In this document: positions 27,509-38,805 of the stretch, piece by piece
Numbering within the stretch: position 1 is the stretch's first letter
How the letters are laid out: each line of letters starts with the position of its first letter
Made by a program: the position numbers and the translations under genes
Source: an uncultured delta proteobacterium
Lineage (GTDB): Bacteria; Desulfobacterota; Syntrophobacteria; Syntrophobacterales; Syntrophobacteraceae
DNA length: 64,000 bases
Direction of reading: 5' to 3'
Assembly (NCBI GenBank): GCA_963808625.1
Contig: CAWEHK010000038.1
Location: 24,825-88,824, forward strand
Notes under the pieces: model-generated
Seen by the model: only the letters and a program-made list of their open reading frames with translations
Told to the model about the DNA's origin: nothing
The model's database searches: none

Positions 27509-28073
27509 TGTCTAATCCTCCCTCCTTCTGGTTAACATTGAATGGAATATTGCTCTAAATATATCGCGACAGCTTCCTGTGCCTCACCCCCTTTCCTATC
27601 CGGTCGCTTAAGGACACTTCCAACACCGTTTGAGATGGCAGCTACTGCGTCGGCAACAAACGGCTCCCCCACATATTGCAACATATTGTAATCATGAATA
27701 TTTTCTGAAGGTGACCAGGCGTGGAGTCCCCCCTCATCGAGGTGGATTTCTTCTTGGAGCGTCTTGATGCCGGCCGATCCCAAAGGCCTCTCCTCCTCTA
27801 AAATGGCGACTGAAGACTGGATTGCTGGTAAAAAGATGGACGATGATCGCACCGAGAAAGTCTCTTGTCAAGCTGTGAGTGGTGCTTGCTTGCCTGTTCT
27901 TGCTTTGAACAGGGGGGATCATTCATTGCTGTGCAAGTGCTTGATACTGTTTGGGTTTAACCATCAGAGAATGACTTGACGCTTGACCTTGAACACCGCT
28001 CCCCGAAAATCCCACTTGCCGGGAAGGAACAAGCGGGCTAGGATCGTTCAGCAAAAAACTGTGAGGAGATGTT

Positions 28074-28313
28074 ATGAAGCGTGCTGCGATCCTGATGGTC
28101 CCTCTTCTCTGCTTGAGCCTGGCTCTTGCCGGCTGCGGAAGGAGTGACACCCCCGAGCCTGCCGCCAAGAAGAGCGACCGGAGCGAGTCGGACTTTTCGG
28201 CCACGGGCATGGTGAAGGAGATCGAGGAGATGCAAAAGGCGGGGGACAAGGGGAAGGCACCCGAACAGCCCCAGCCGGCCTCGGCTCCTGCACCGGAGGA
28301 ACCCAAGAAATAA
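28074..28313 (+). CDS. Small lipoprotein of unknown function
   Basis: GAGGAG RBS; lipobox LALAGC; Pro/Lys/Glu-rich tail. Confidence 0.75.
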   Translation: MKRAAILMVPLLCLSLALAGCGRSDTPEPAAKKSDRSESDFSATGMVKEIEEMQKAGDKGKAPEQPQPASAPAPEEPKK

Positions 28314-28414
28314 GGCTCATCCGGCAGAGTTGCTCTCCCGCATCTTCCTAGTACACGCGGGTGCAAGTCTACACCCAGTTCTTCCCCCTCGATATGTATA
28401 GGCGCTCATTCAGC

Positions 28415-28561
28415 CGAATATCGAATATCGAACAAGGAACCGCAGAATGTCGAAGGATTGCAGAGAATCCAGCTTTGAAGATTTGTAACGGGCATTAAGA
28501 CCGGACAGCAAAACCAAAAAAACTTCATCATTCGAAATTCCTTGTTCGACATTCGATGTTC
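28415..28561. repeat. Miniature inverted element built from 7-nt-period arms
   Basis: cgaatatcgaatatcgaacaaggaa...gaag pairs with cttc...ttccttgttcgacattcgatgttc. Confidence 0.75.
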
Positions 28562-28784
28562 ACTTCTTCAAGTGAAACCAAGGTGGCTTCTTAATTTGTT
28601 GCGTAATATGGATGATGACGTGTGCCGCAATGAACCTGGGATTTCGGAATACACGGTCTCGCCGTCGGTGAAAGCCGGTCTCCCAAGATCGACAATGAAG
28701 AAGGGAAGGCTCACCAGCAGGACTCAAAAGAGGGACTATCGCACTCCCATTGGGGTGGGCTTTCTTTATCAGGCTTTCTGCCCA

Positions 28785-31577
28785 TTACGCTCCTTTGCCG
28801 GGAGTGGCGGGCAACGGGGCCATGGTCGACAGGATGGCCGGGAGCACAATGATGGCGGGCAGCAGGACACACAAACTTCCCGCCCATGCCACGAAGCCGA
28901 GGCTGAAGATGCCCCGGTGGTGAGAGACCATGAGGGCGCCAAAGCCGATGGTTGTGGTCAGAGCGGCCAGGATCACGCCCTTGCCGGTACTGAAGGGGAG
29001 GTGACCGGGGAGCATTCTCCCTTCCCGCCAACGGTAAATGATGATCACTCCATATTCCACTCCCGCACCCACCACGAGGGGCATAAAGATGCTGTTTGCC
29101 AGATTGAACTGGATCCCCGCCCATTCCATTATTCCCAAAGTCCAGAGGGAGCCCAGTGACAGCGGTACGAGCGCCAGCAGAGTGGGTTTCAGACTGCGGA
29201 AGCTCAACATCAGCAGGATAAGAATGGCGAAAATGGCATAGATGGAAGCCTTGATACAGGCGTTCTTGAAAGCGTCGGCAAAAACGTAGATGGACACGGG
29301 GTTCCCGATCACTTCCGGGTCGACGCTCTGAATGTCGTGAACGAAGCGGCTCAGGGTGTGCTCGGCAAAGATGGACTCTCGTGGAAAGATGCGAAGCAAA
29401 TAGGTGCCGTTCTGAAAAAACCAGCCCCTGACCAGCTCTGGTAGGTCCTCGACCCTCATCATCTTGGTGTGGGCGCCTCTGCTGAGCAGGTCCCACTTGT
29501 CCTGCAAATCTTCGGCAAAGGCCTTGCGGTATGGGATCAGCGCTTCTGCGGCGTCGGGTGAGGCGGCAAGAGACGTATTGATGTCCTGAGCAAGGGCCCT
29601 TACGCGAGCCATCTGCTCGGCAAGGGGTTTTTCCGCTCCCCAGCGGGTGGCCTGATCATCCTGCATCTTGAAGCGGATTCTTTCGAGCACATCGATATAT
29701 TCCCGGGCAACGTTCCGGTCGTTCTCCAGGAAAGGGGCCCTCATCGGGGGAATGATGGCGGCCAGGGAATGGAGTATGGGTATCTTTTCCTCCTGCTTTT
29801 CCGGCAGGAGCGAGAAGACCGTCTCGACCTCGGCCACCGACGGCAGCCTTTCAAGGGCCTCGGCCTTTGCCGTTGTTTCGGCGGGCGATGACGCAAAAGC
29901 GGCGGCAAACAATGGGGATCGCTTGGCATTTTCAAGGAGCGCTTTTTCCCAGATGACCGATTCGGCATTGGCGGCCTGCAGGCGCAGGGGGTTGGGATCA
30001 AAAGACACTTGGCTGCCACCCCAGACACTGAGAAGACAAAGAATGCCTGCCCCCGCAAGGACTAACCGGGCGTGCCTGGGCGTCAGGGCCAGCAAGTTTC
30101 TCTCATAGTGCCGCACAGAGGAAAGGGAGCGGGTTTTTGACTTCCCCGGCATGAGGACGGTCAACGCCGGCAGCACCGTGAAAGTAGCCAGCAAAATGAA
30201 CAGGATCCCCATCCCCGTGACGAGCCCCAGTTCCACGAGGCCTCTAAAACCGGTGAGAATCAATGGCAGAAAGGACAGCGCCGCACTCAGGCCGGCGATC
30301 AGGATGCCATAACCCGAGCGTTCGCTGACCCGCAGTATCGCCGCCCGCACATCCCGACCGCTGTAACGTTCTTCCTCCTCGAGACGGGCGAGCCAATGGA
30401 TGCCGTAATCGACCCCCAGGCCGCAAAGGATGGGTGCAAAGACGACGGAGAGGATATTCAGGTGGCCGATAACCAGCGTGATCCAACCGAAGGTCCAACA
30501 GAGCCCGATGATGAGGGCAAAGGTTTCGAAGAAGGGGCGCCGAAAGCTGCGAAAAAAGACCACCATGAGCAGCGCGACACCCACGAGAGAGATCCACGTA
30601 GCCACTGCCATATCCGCCGAGACGGTGCCCACCTCGTCATTTCTCAGGGCCTCCTGGCCGGTCACCCCGGCTTCCACCCCCGGGAAATCGGCGGCGGTCT
30701 CATGCAGAAGCGTTCGCAGCTGATTCAGGGACCCCTGCGTGCCGATGAAACCGCCACCCTTCGACTGGGGCGCAACGAAAGCAATCAGGTAGCGCTTGTT
30801 TGCTTCCCAGAAATAGCCGGCCAGGTTAGGGTCCCAGGAAGTATCCTTGAAGAAGGAAGACCACGGAGACTTGAAGCCCGGCGAACCACGGAGGTGGTCC
30901 CGGATCCCTTCGAGGGTTACGGTGAGGAAGTCCAGGTCGAAGGGCTCTTTCCTGCTGTCGGCTTCCCCGGAAGGTGGCGGCTCGTCTAAAAAGCCGGTGA
31001 AAAGCTCCCCAACCATCCGCGAGGCCATTTCCTGGTTGATGAGCTTGAGAAAGCTCAGCAGGTCGGGCTCGCCGGCGAGTCCTTGAAGGAGCCGGTGATG
31101 CTCATTCATTCTGTTGCGCAGGTTCACCAGTTCCTGCCTGTCCAGGTAAAGCAGCTGCCAGGATTTGAATGACTCCGGGTCGACCCGGTAGACGATGTCG
31201 CGGAAGTGGGTCTCATCTTTCCTGACCCGCGAGGCAAGGGTTTCGATGAAGGAAACCGCCTGGTCGGGGGTGGGGGCCTGAATGACGACGGAGAAGCTCT
31301 CTCCGCCCCCCGTGCGAAAGGGGTCCAAGCGGTTGCTGAGGGCAATCAGAGGATGCTTTGCCGAGATCATTTCAAGCTGGTCGGTCAGCATCTCAAGCCT
31401 GGTGGCGGTCACGACAACCGAGGCCACGGCAACCGCAATCGCAATTGCCAGGACCAGGCGCGGCCACGCTAAGACCCATGATATCCAGCGCTGTAAAAGC
31501 CGTGAGGTTAAATTCATCTCGAAACCATACCCCTTCTCTGCCCGGCTGTATTTTTTCTCGTCAGGGCTTTCGTTCAT
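28785..31577 (-). CDS. MMPL/RND family transporter, HpnN (hopanoid transporter)-like
   Basis: Two MMPL halves: GLGVDYGIH and GAGVEYGVII, AALTTTIGFGALM..HRGIFSLG. Start uncertain (31622, 31577 or about 31518). Confidence 0.85.
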   Translation of the reverse strand: MNESPDEKKYSRAEKGYGFEMNLTSRLLQRWISWVLAWPRLVLAIAIAVAVASVVVTATRLEMLTDQLEMISAKHPLIALSNRLDPFRTGGGESFSVVIQAPTPDQAVSFIETLASRVRKDETHFRDIVYRVDPESFKSWQLLYLDRQELVNLRNRMNEHHRLLQGLAGEPDLLSFLKLINQEMASRMVGELFTGFLDEPPPSGEADSRKEPFDLDFLTVTLEGIRDHLRGSPGFKSPWSSFFKDTSWDPNLAGYFWEANKRYLIAFVAPQSKGGGFIGTQGSLNQLRTLLHETAADFPGVEAGVTGQEALRNDEVGTVSADMAVATWISLVGVALLMVVFFRSFRRPFFETFALIIGLCWTFGWITLVIGHLNILSVVFAPILCGLGVDYGIHWLARLEEEERYSGRDVRAAILRVSERSGYGILIAGLSAALSFLPLILTGFRGLVELGLVTGMGILFILLATFTVLPALTVLMPGKSKTRSLSSVRHYERNLLALTPRHARLVLAGAGILCLLSVWGGSQVSFDPNPLRLQAANAESVIWEKALLENAKRSPLFAAAFASSPAETTAKAEALERLPSVAEVETVFSLLPEKQEEKIPILHSLAAIIPPMRAPFLENDRNVAREYIDVLERIRFKMQDDQATRWGAEKPLAEQMARVRALAQDINTSLAASPDAAEALIPYRKAFAEDLQDKWDLLSRGAHTKMMRVEDLPELVRGWFFQNGTYLLRIFPRESIFAEHTLSRFVHDIQSVDPEVIGNPVSIYVFADAFKNACIKASIYAIFAILILLMLSFRSLKPTLLALVPLSLGSLWTLGIMEWAGIQFNLANSIFMPLVVGAGVEYGVIIIYRWREGRMLPGHLPFSTGKGVILAALTTTIGFGALMVSHHRGIFSLGFVAWAGSLCVLLPAIIVLPAILSTMAPLPATPGKGA

Positions 31578-31643
31578 CCGAAGCGGGATTTCCTGGCGAG
31601 AAAAGCCGAACTTATATATCACACTGTCAATCTTAACACAGAT

Positions 31644-31793
31644 CTAAGTACAGGCTTGCACAATAGGGTGACCATATACCTGCCGCGTCAACCGGTGAAA
31701 ACCGGAATCCAGAGAGATTGGCTGGATACCGGCTTCCGCCGGCCGGTATGACGAACTGACTTCGGACACTTATTCATGCAGCGTTGTACTTAG
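31644..31793. mobile_element. MITE-like element with CTAAGTACA ends carrying a GTCA...TGAC palindrome
   Basis: Perfect 9-bp IR ctaagtaca/tgtacttag that extends imperfectly. Internal cgtcaaccggtgaaaaccggaatccag...ctggataccggcttccgccggccggtatgacg. Confidence 0.8.
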
Positions 31794-31919
31794 AAACTGT
31801 CCAAAAAAAACTTGCACCCATCTCAACCCCTCTTTGAACCACGAAGAACACGAAGTTATTTCTTCGTGTTTTTCGTGTTCTTCGTGATAAAATAAGGCCT
31901 TATATTTTTGGACGCCCCC
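31793..31919. mobile_element. MITE-like element with GTCCAAAAA ends carrying a 9-mer palindromic array
   Basis: gaaactgtccaaaaa ... tttttggacgccccc encloses cacgaagaacacgaag/cttcgtgttcttcgtg. Confidence 0.65.
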
Positions 31920-32036
31920 CAACGTTGAAGGCTTTGCCTGGTTATGCCCAAACTGAAGGCCTCACTGCAGAGAGAACTATTGGTTAAAGGGCAGGGCGAT
32001 AAAATCCACAGTTGAAAAAGACGAAAGGAGAAGACC

Positions 32037-32528
32037 ATGAGTACATTAGTCGTAATCAGTTACAATGACCTCCACAAGGCCGAAGAGGTCCGGCTCATGC
32101 TGTTGAAGATGCAGAAGGATTATCTCATCGATCTCGAAGATGCGGTGGTTGCAGTCAAGGATGACAAGGGCAAGATCAAGCTTCATCAGATGGTCAACAT
32201 GACGGCCGCCGGCGCCGCGTCCGGGGGCTTCTGGGGAACCCTGATCGGCCTGATTTTTTTGAATCCCCTCCTTGGCCTGGCGGTGGGCGCCACGGCCGGG
32301 GCGGTATCCGGCGCCCTGACCGATGTCGGCATCGATGACAAGTTCATGAAGGACCTGGCAGGAAGTCTCAATCCCGGCAGTTCCGTGCTGTTCGTCCTGG
32401 TCCGAAAAGCAACGCCCGATAAGGTGCTCGAGGAGCTCAAAGGAACCGGGGGGACTCTGCTCAGGACCTCACTTTCCCATGACGATGAAACGAAGCTTCA
32501 GGCGGCCCTGAACGCAGCCAAGCAATAG
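32037..32528 (+). CDS. DUF1269 family membrane protein
   Basis: LEDAVVAVKD..GKIKLHQ, GAASGGFWGTLIGLIFL, LTDVGIDDKF, RTSLS. Confidence 0.9.
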   Translation: MSTLVVISYNDLHKAEEVRLMLLKMQKDYLIDLEDAVVAVKDDKGKIKLHQMVNMTAAGAASGGFWGTLIGLIFLNPLLGLAVGATAGAVSGALTDVGIDDKFMKDLAGSLNPGSSVLFVLVRKATPDKVLEELKGTGGTLLRTSLSHDDETKLQAALNAAKQ

Positions 32529-32631
32529 CCGAAGCGCCCGGCAGTCAATTCATGCATGCTGCAGGTGTTCATCATTATCTGAGGGTCGGCGGCACGTGAT
32601 ACCCAGCGCTGGTCCTTTGGGGAGGAATGAA

Positions 32632-35116
32632 ATGAAGATAGAGGCAACTCGATTGACATTAATGGCATTAGTCGTTGCGGTTGTGCTGACAGCCCTGCCG
32701 GCCATGGCTCAGCAGCTCCAGGGCGCACCCGGCGCGCCCTCGACGCGCGAGTTCCCCGACTCGCGCGTCCTGCCGATCCCGACCGCGCCCTTTCACCGGC
32801 ACCATCATGCCGAACCTGATCGACAGCAAACCGGGATGGCCGTCGACCATCGCGCCGCCGGAAGGCGCGCCGAATGTGCTGCTGATCCTGATCGATGATG
32901 CGGGCTTCGGTTCGAACTCGGCCTTCGGCGGCGTCGTTCCCACGCCGACCCTCGACAAGCTGGCCCAGCGCGGTTTGCGCTACACCCAGATGCACAACAC
33001 CGCGCTGTGTTCGCCGACCCGGGCGGCGCTGCTGACCGGCCGCAACCATCACGCCGTCGGCTTCGGCGACGTTGCCGAAGGTGCCATCGGCTACCCCGGC
33101 TACAACACCGTCACGGGGCCTGAGAGCGCGCATGTGGCGATGACGCTGAAGCAGAACGGCTACTCCACCGCCTGGTTCGGCAAGAACCACAACGTGCCGA
33201 TCTGGGAGGCCACCCCGGCCGGGCCGTTCACCAACTGGCCGATCGGGCAGGGCTACGACTACTTCTACGGCTTTGTCGGCGGCGACACCAGCCAGTGGCA
33301 GCCGGGCAACCTGTTCCGCAACACCACCCCGATCCATCCCTACAACGGCAAGCCGGGCTGGAACCTGATCACCGCCATGGCCGACGACGCCATCGAGTAC
33401 ATCAACACCCAGACCGCGACCAACCCGAAGCGGCCGTGGTTCATCCACTACGCGCCGGGCGCCACGCACGCGCCGCACCATCCCACCAAGGAGTGGGTGG
33501 ACAAGATCAGCGCGATGAAGCTGTTCGACGACGGCTGGGAAAAGGTGCGCGAGCGCATCTTCGAGAACCAGAAGAAGCTCGGCGTCATTCCTGCCAACGC
33601 GAAACTGCCCGCCTGGCCGGACATCCTGCCCAAGTGGGACTCGCTGACCGCCGACCAGAAGAAGCTCTATCTCCGCCAGATCGATGTCTGGGCCGCCTAC
33701 ATGGCCTACACCGACCACGAGATCGGCCGCATCATCGAGACGATCGAGAAGCTCGGCCAGTTCGACAACACCCTGATCATCTTCGTCTGCGGCGACAACG
33801 GCATGAGCGCCGAGGGCTCGATGAACGGCACGCCGAACGAGGTCGCCTACTTCAACGGCTTCGCCTTCACCGTGGAGCAGATGCTGCCGCTGATCCCGGT
33901 CTGGGGCACCGACCTCACCTACAACCACTTCGCCGTGCCGTGGGCCTTTGCCATGGACACGCCCTACCGCTGGATCAAGCAGGTCGCCTCGCACCTGGGC
34001 GGCACGCGCACCGGCATGGTGGTGACCTGGCCGCAAGCGCATCAAGGACGCGGGCGGCATCCGCAACCAGTTCCATCACGTCATCGACGTCGCGCCGACG
34101 ATCCTGGAGGCCATCGGGATTCCGCAGCCGACCATGGTGAACGGCATCGCGCAGCGTCCCTACGACGGCGTCAGCATGGTCTACACCTGGGACAAGGCCA
34201 ACGCCAACGCCCCCTCGACGCGCAAGACCCAGTACTTCGAGATCTTCGGCAACCGCGCCATCTATCACGACGGCTGGATGGCCAACACGACGCCGGCGGT
34301 GACCCCGTGGGAAGGCGTCAAAGGCAAACCGCCGGTGGACGTGATGAACGGCTTCAAGTGGGAGCTCTACAACCTGAACGAAGACCCGACGCAGACCAAC
34401 GACCTGGCGGCCAAGGAACCCGAGCGGCTGCGCATGATGCAGGAGCTCTGGATGATCGAGGCCACGCGCAACCAGGTCTTCCCGCTGAACGACTCGCAGC
34501 TTCCCATCCTCACCGCCGAGCGCCCGGGCCCGGCGGCGGGACGGACGCAGTTCGTCTACACCGCGCCCATGACCTCCACGCAGTTCGCCGTGGCGCCTTC
34601 GATCCTCAACCGCTCCTACCGCATCACCGCGGAGATCGAGGTGCCGCAGGGCGGGGCGAACGGCGTGCTGGTGACCCAGGGCGGCCGCTTCTCGGGCTAC
34701 GGCCTGTATCTCAAGGACGGCAAGCCCACCTTCACCATGAACCTGCTCGACCTCGAGCGGCCGAAGTGGCAGGGCTCCGAGGCGCTGCCGCCCGGCAAGC
34801 ACACCATCGTCTTCGACTGGAAGATGGAAGCCAAAGGGCCAGCCCCTCGCGCGCGGCGGCACCGGCACGCTCTCGGTGGACGGCAAGCAGGTGGCGCAGA
34901 AGTCGCTGCCCCAGAACCCAGCCGCTGATCTGGGCCTGGGACGAGACCTTCGACGTCGGCCTGGACACCGGCACGCCGGTGGACGACAAGGACTACCAGG
35001 TGCCGTTTGCCTTCACCGGCAAGCTGGGCAAGATCACCTTCGACCTCGGGGAGTCGAGCGTGTCGCCGGAGGCCATCAAGCTGATGATGGAAGAACTGGC
35101 GAAGAAGCGGGATTGA
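32632..35116 (+). CDS. Arylsulfatase (Cys-type sulfatase), frameshifted
   Basis: GGAGG RBS, signal peptide, PNVLLILIDDAG, CSPTRAALLTGRNHH (CxPxR), GKNH, HAPHH, GDNG. Frame changes near 32795, 34035, 34840 and 34915. Confidence 0.92.
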
Positions 35117-35387
35117 TGAACTGGCTTGAGCGAGCTCCCGGCACGGCGTCTCGCCGTGCCGGAGAGGCCCCGTGCATCTGGCGGCCTGGGGAAGTCGAGC
35201 CACTGGCGTGAAGGGTGCGCTGGCCATCGAAGGGCCAGGCGAGGCGTCTCAGCTCAAAAAGAGGAATCGAGGGAGAATTGCTTTGAGCGGAGGGAGTGGC
35301 GAGAACCGACCCTCTGATCAAACTGATGGCAGGGACGCGCTGGTCGAAGGTAGCTGGTTTGCCCCTTTTATGGGTATGGAGATCACC

Positions 35388-37855
35388 ATGACGGAACTTC
35401 GAAAACGGTGGCGGTTGAAAGTGGTGGGGCTGCTCGGAGCCTTCATCGCGCTCATCTTGCTGCTCTCGGCCGCTCCCGGTGAGACCTCGGAGCGGTCGCC
35501 GCCGGCCCCGGAGAAGGGTGCTGATTCGCTATCCCCCGGGTCATCCCGGTGTCGAACATTGCTACGCACGCCACCCAGGTGTCGGATCTCCTGAGCACCC
35601 TGGAAACGAAGCTGGCCCCTGGCCCCGAAATCGAAGCGATACGCAGCCAACTCCCCGGACTCAGTGACCGCATCAACCTGCTGTTTCAGGGAACCATGGA
35701 AACCCTCCAGGAGCAGCCTGCCCTCGCTGCACTTCAGACACAACGGCAGATCTGGGAAGCCATGACGCTTCATGCCCGCGACTGGCTGAAAGTCTTGACG
35801 AAAAGGTCCGTCGAACTCGGGGAAGCCCTGAGCCGGCTGACAGATCTGCATGGAACATGGACCAAGACCGATGATGCCGCGAACACCGCGAAAGCGCCGG
35901 ATGCATTACTTGCCGAAACCGGTTCTGTGCTGGCGGCCATCCAGGAAGCGCAGCAGCGGTTCCAGGCGCAGCGTAGCGACGTCCTCAACCTGCAAACCCG
36001 CGTTGCCGAAGTCGTGAGCCGATGCCAAGATCTGTTGTCGCAGATTGATCGGGCTCAGAAGGCAGCGGTGGGTGGGATCCTGGTACATGACGGCCGGCCG
36101 ATCTGGAGCCCCCACCTATGGGCAGAGGCGCGGACCGCACTGTATCCCAGGTTCCACGCAATCCTCGGTACTTGCCGGGAGGACATTCAAGAGTACCTTT
36201 CCAATCCGTCTGCGGGAATGCCGCTGCATATTGCAATTTTCATCGCTCTGGTATTCCTTCTATGGGTGTCCCGGAGTCGCGTGGAACGGTGGGAAAAGGC
36301 AGGAGATTTCGTTACTCCAGCCGCTGGGGTGTTCGACCACCCAGTTAGTGCGGCGTTGGTCGTTACGGCTTTTGTCGCGACCGGACCGATTTCGCCAACA
36401 CCGCAGACGATCAAGTCCCTGTTCCATATCGCGGCCCTGATCCCGATGATCGTCCTGGCGCAGCCGGTGATCGATCGGCGCACACATCCCGGCCTTTATG
36501 CCCTGGCGATCCTTTTCACCGTCGATGTCGGGAGGAGAACCTTTGAAGGGTTGCCGTTGATCGGGCAGGCGTTGTTGCTGTTGGAAACGGCTGCCGGAAT
36601 CCTTACGATGGGTTGGTTCCTGACCCGTGGTCACCTGCGGCGCACGCAGGGGGCGGGGAATGGGTTGTCTCAATTTCAGGTGCTCCGGTTGGCGTCGTTG
36701 CTCGTGCTGCTCAGCCTCGCTGCCGGATTTGGTGCTGCTCTTTTCGGTTACTCGCGCCTGGCGAGCCTCATGGCTTCGCAAATTCTCGGCGGGTGCGCCC
36801 TGGCGCTGGCCTTTTGTGCCTATTTCCAGGTGGCCGCAGGGCTGATCGACGATCGGTCTTCGCGTTTGGCCGCTGCGACTTCTCCGCATGGTTCAGCACC
36901 ACGTCGGTCTGATAGAGCATCGGATACGCCGCATCCTGATCTGGTGTTCGGTTGCCAGCTGGGGGCTGCGGTGGCTGAGCTATATGGGTCTCCTCCAGCC
37001 GGTGTTCTCCTTCAGCGGAGCCGTTTTGGCAGTGAATCTGGAGCGCGGCTCGGTTAATATCTCCCTTGGCGACGTCCTGGTGTTTCTTGTCACCGTGTGG
37101 GTGGCCTATGTGCTTTCGGCTTTTATCCGTTTCCTCCTCCAGGAGGACGTGTATCCCCGGATGCAAATTACCCCCGGCCTCTCTTACGCCGTCTCGAACC
37201 TGCTCCACTACGTGATTCTGGCTCTCGGAGTGATTGTGGCAATGGGGCTGATGGGGATCGATCTCTCCCGGGTGATCGTCCTGGCCGGCGCCTTCGGTGT
37301 CGGCATCGGCTTCGGCCTCCAGAGCGTCGTAAACAACTTCGTTTCCGGCCTCATCCTGCTCTTTGAGCGGCCGATCCACGTGGGGGACATGGTCGAGATG
37401 GGCGACCTCCTTGGCGAGGTGCGTCGCATCGGCATCCGGGCCAGCACCGTGCGCACCCGGCGAGGGAGCCGATATCATCGTGCCCAATGCGCAGCTCGTT
37501 ACCGATAAGGTGACCAACTGGACCCTCAGCGACAAACTGCGGCGCATCGAGTTGCCGGTGGGCGTGAATTACGGCGTCTCTCCCAAAAAGGTGCTTGAAA
37601 TTCTGGAAGCGGTGGCCCGTTCGGCCCCGCGGGTGCTGCAGCAATCCGCCGCCCCGGGCACTCCTCATGAGTTACGGCGACAGTTCCATCAACTTCGAAC
37701 TGCGCGCCTGGACGGACGACCCCATAAACTGGCGTCAGGTCCGCAGCAACCTTGCCGTTGCCGTGCACGATGCGATCATCGCGGCGGGCATGTCGTTTCC
37801 TTCCCCGCAACGTGAGGTGCGGGTGCTGGGCGATCCGGCACGGCCGCCGGAATAG
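35388..37855 (+). CDS. Large mechanosensitive channel MscS/MscK-like protein (frameshifted)
   Basis: Periplasmic coiled coil, TM bundle, AGAFGVGIGFGLQSVVNNFVSGLILLFERPIHVGD, IIVPNA. Confidence 0.88.
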
Positions 37856-37901
37856 TAGGGACCGACCGAAGCTCGTGCGCCGGGTCCGGATCCAATCCCT
37901 G

Positions 37902-38000
37902 GGAACTGTCCAAAAGGGTAGGCTGTGCCCACGCATGGAGCAGCATGTGGGCAGAGCCCACCCTTGGTACAAAATGGCAAACTTGTTTTTGGACGGTCAC
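37902..38000. mobile_element. MITE-like element with GTCCAAAA ends carrying a GTAG-type REP derivative
   Basis: ggaactgtccaaaa ... ttttggacggtcac; internal gtaggctgtgcccac...gtgggcagagcccaccc. Confidence 0.65.
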
Positions 38001-38003
38001 TTA

Positions 38004-38135
38004 GAGACTATCTCAAAACTGGCTTACCCCGTCACCCCGGCGGAAGCCGGGGTCCGGGAATTCCCAAGAAAAACTGGATTCCGGCTTTCGCCGGAATGAC
38101 GATCAACGGCGCTTTGATCATTTTGAGATAGTATC
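38004..38135 (+). mobile_element. 132-bp MITE with GAGACTATCTCAAAA ends carrying a CGTCACCCCGG/CCGGAATGACG palindrome
   Basis: Terminal IR matches at 14 of 15 bp; CTTA on both flanks; near full-length inverted copy at 50984-51114. Confidence 0.88.
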
Positions 38136-38665
38136 CTTAGTACTACAACGTTACTTTGGTGACGGTCCAAGCGATGTGGGGCAGGCTTTCCAGCCTGCCA
38201 GGCCAAATTGGCCAAAAGGCAGGCTGGAAAGCCTGCCCCACAAATTGAGGCCCCAGGTGGAAACCTCGTTGTAGTATTAGGGAAGACAACCCTTCTGTTC
38301 GCGAATATTATGGACCGATAGCGGGCAGGTGTCAAGAACCCCCGGTCGCCCCGGTAGATGGTAACCAGGGAACCGCCTTGGAACTTCAGCCGGTAAATAA
38401 AATCGGTTGGTCCCCGGTTGTAGATCCGGGTCTCGAGATCGGGGAAGACGCCGGGAGGTGGCGGATACGAGAGGTTCGCCCCGATGCTTTCCTTGGCGGA
38501 AGGCGGGCCGCACTCGTCGAGCACACGGTAGTTGCTCTCGCCCACCTGAATGAGGTAACTCCCGCAGCGGAATGTGCTCTCCTCTTCATCGGCCCAGGCA
38601 CCGCCGGGAAGGCACGCAAGGAAAGGGAGCGCGATCAGAACCGCCAACAACCTGATGGCCAGCAT
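38024..38665 (-). CDS. DUF2845-like secreted protein; as assembled it reads through into the MITE cluster (natural end probably near 38332)
   Basis: GGAGGAGG RBS, signal peptide, FRCGSYLIQVGES...CGPP...YNRGP..FIYRLKFQGG.LV.I. Confidence 0.75.
   Translation of the reverse strand: MLAIRLLAVLIALPFLACLPGGAWADEEESTFRCGSYLIQVGESNYRVLDECGPPSAKESIGANLSYPPPPGVFPDLETRIYNRGPTDFIYRLKFQGGSLVTIYRGDRGFLTPARYRSIIFANRRVVFPNTTTRFPPGASICGAGFPACLLANLAWQAGKPAPHRLDRHQSNVVVLRILSQNDQSAVDRHSGESRNPVFLGNSRTPASAGVTG
38141..38276. mobile_element. 136-bp MITE with TACTACAACG ends carrying a TGTGGGGCAGGCTTTCCAGCCTGCC palindrome
   Basis: Perfect 10-bp terminal IR, TTAG on both flanks, perfect internal 25-bp inverted repeat at 38175-38242. 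Confidence 0.85.
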
Positions 38666-38744
38666 GGACACCTCCTCCTGGTTCTCTCGTTCAAATGGCA
38701 GGCAGGAAAAGCTATAACCGCTAAGGTTCAACTGTTTACTTTTC

Positions 38745-38805
38745 CACCGCAGAGAGCACAGAGTTCGCAGAGAGAATCATTGGCTTTCTCCGCGGTCTCG
38801 GCGGT
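38745..38805. repeat. 9-mer palindromic mini-element (CGCAGAGAG type)
   Basis: accgcagagagcacagagttcgcagagag ... ctccgcggtctcggcggt. Confidence 0.65.

Noticed and set aside
27532..27852. 106-aa minus-strand ORF upstream of the symporter genes
   Set aside because: No recognisable motif, and it overlaps an AT-rich, likely promoter region.
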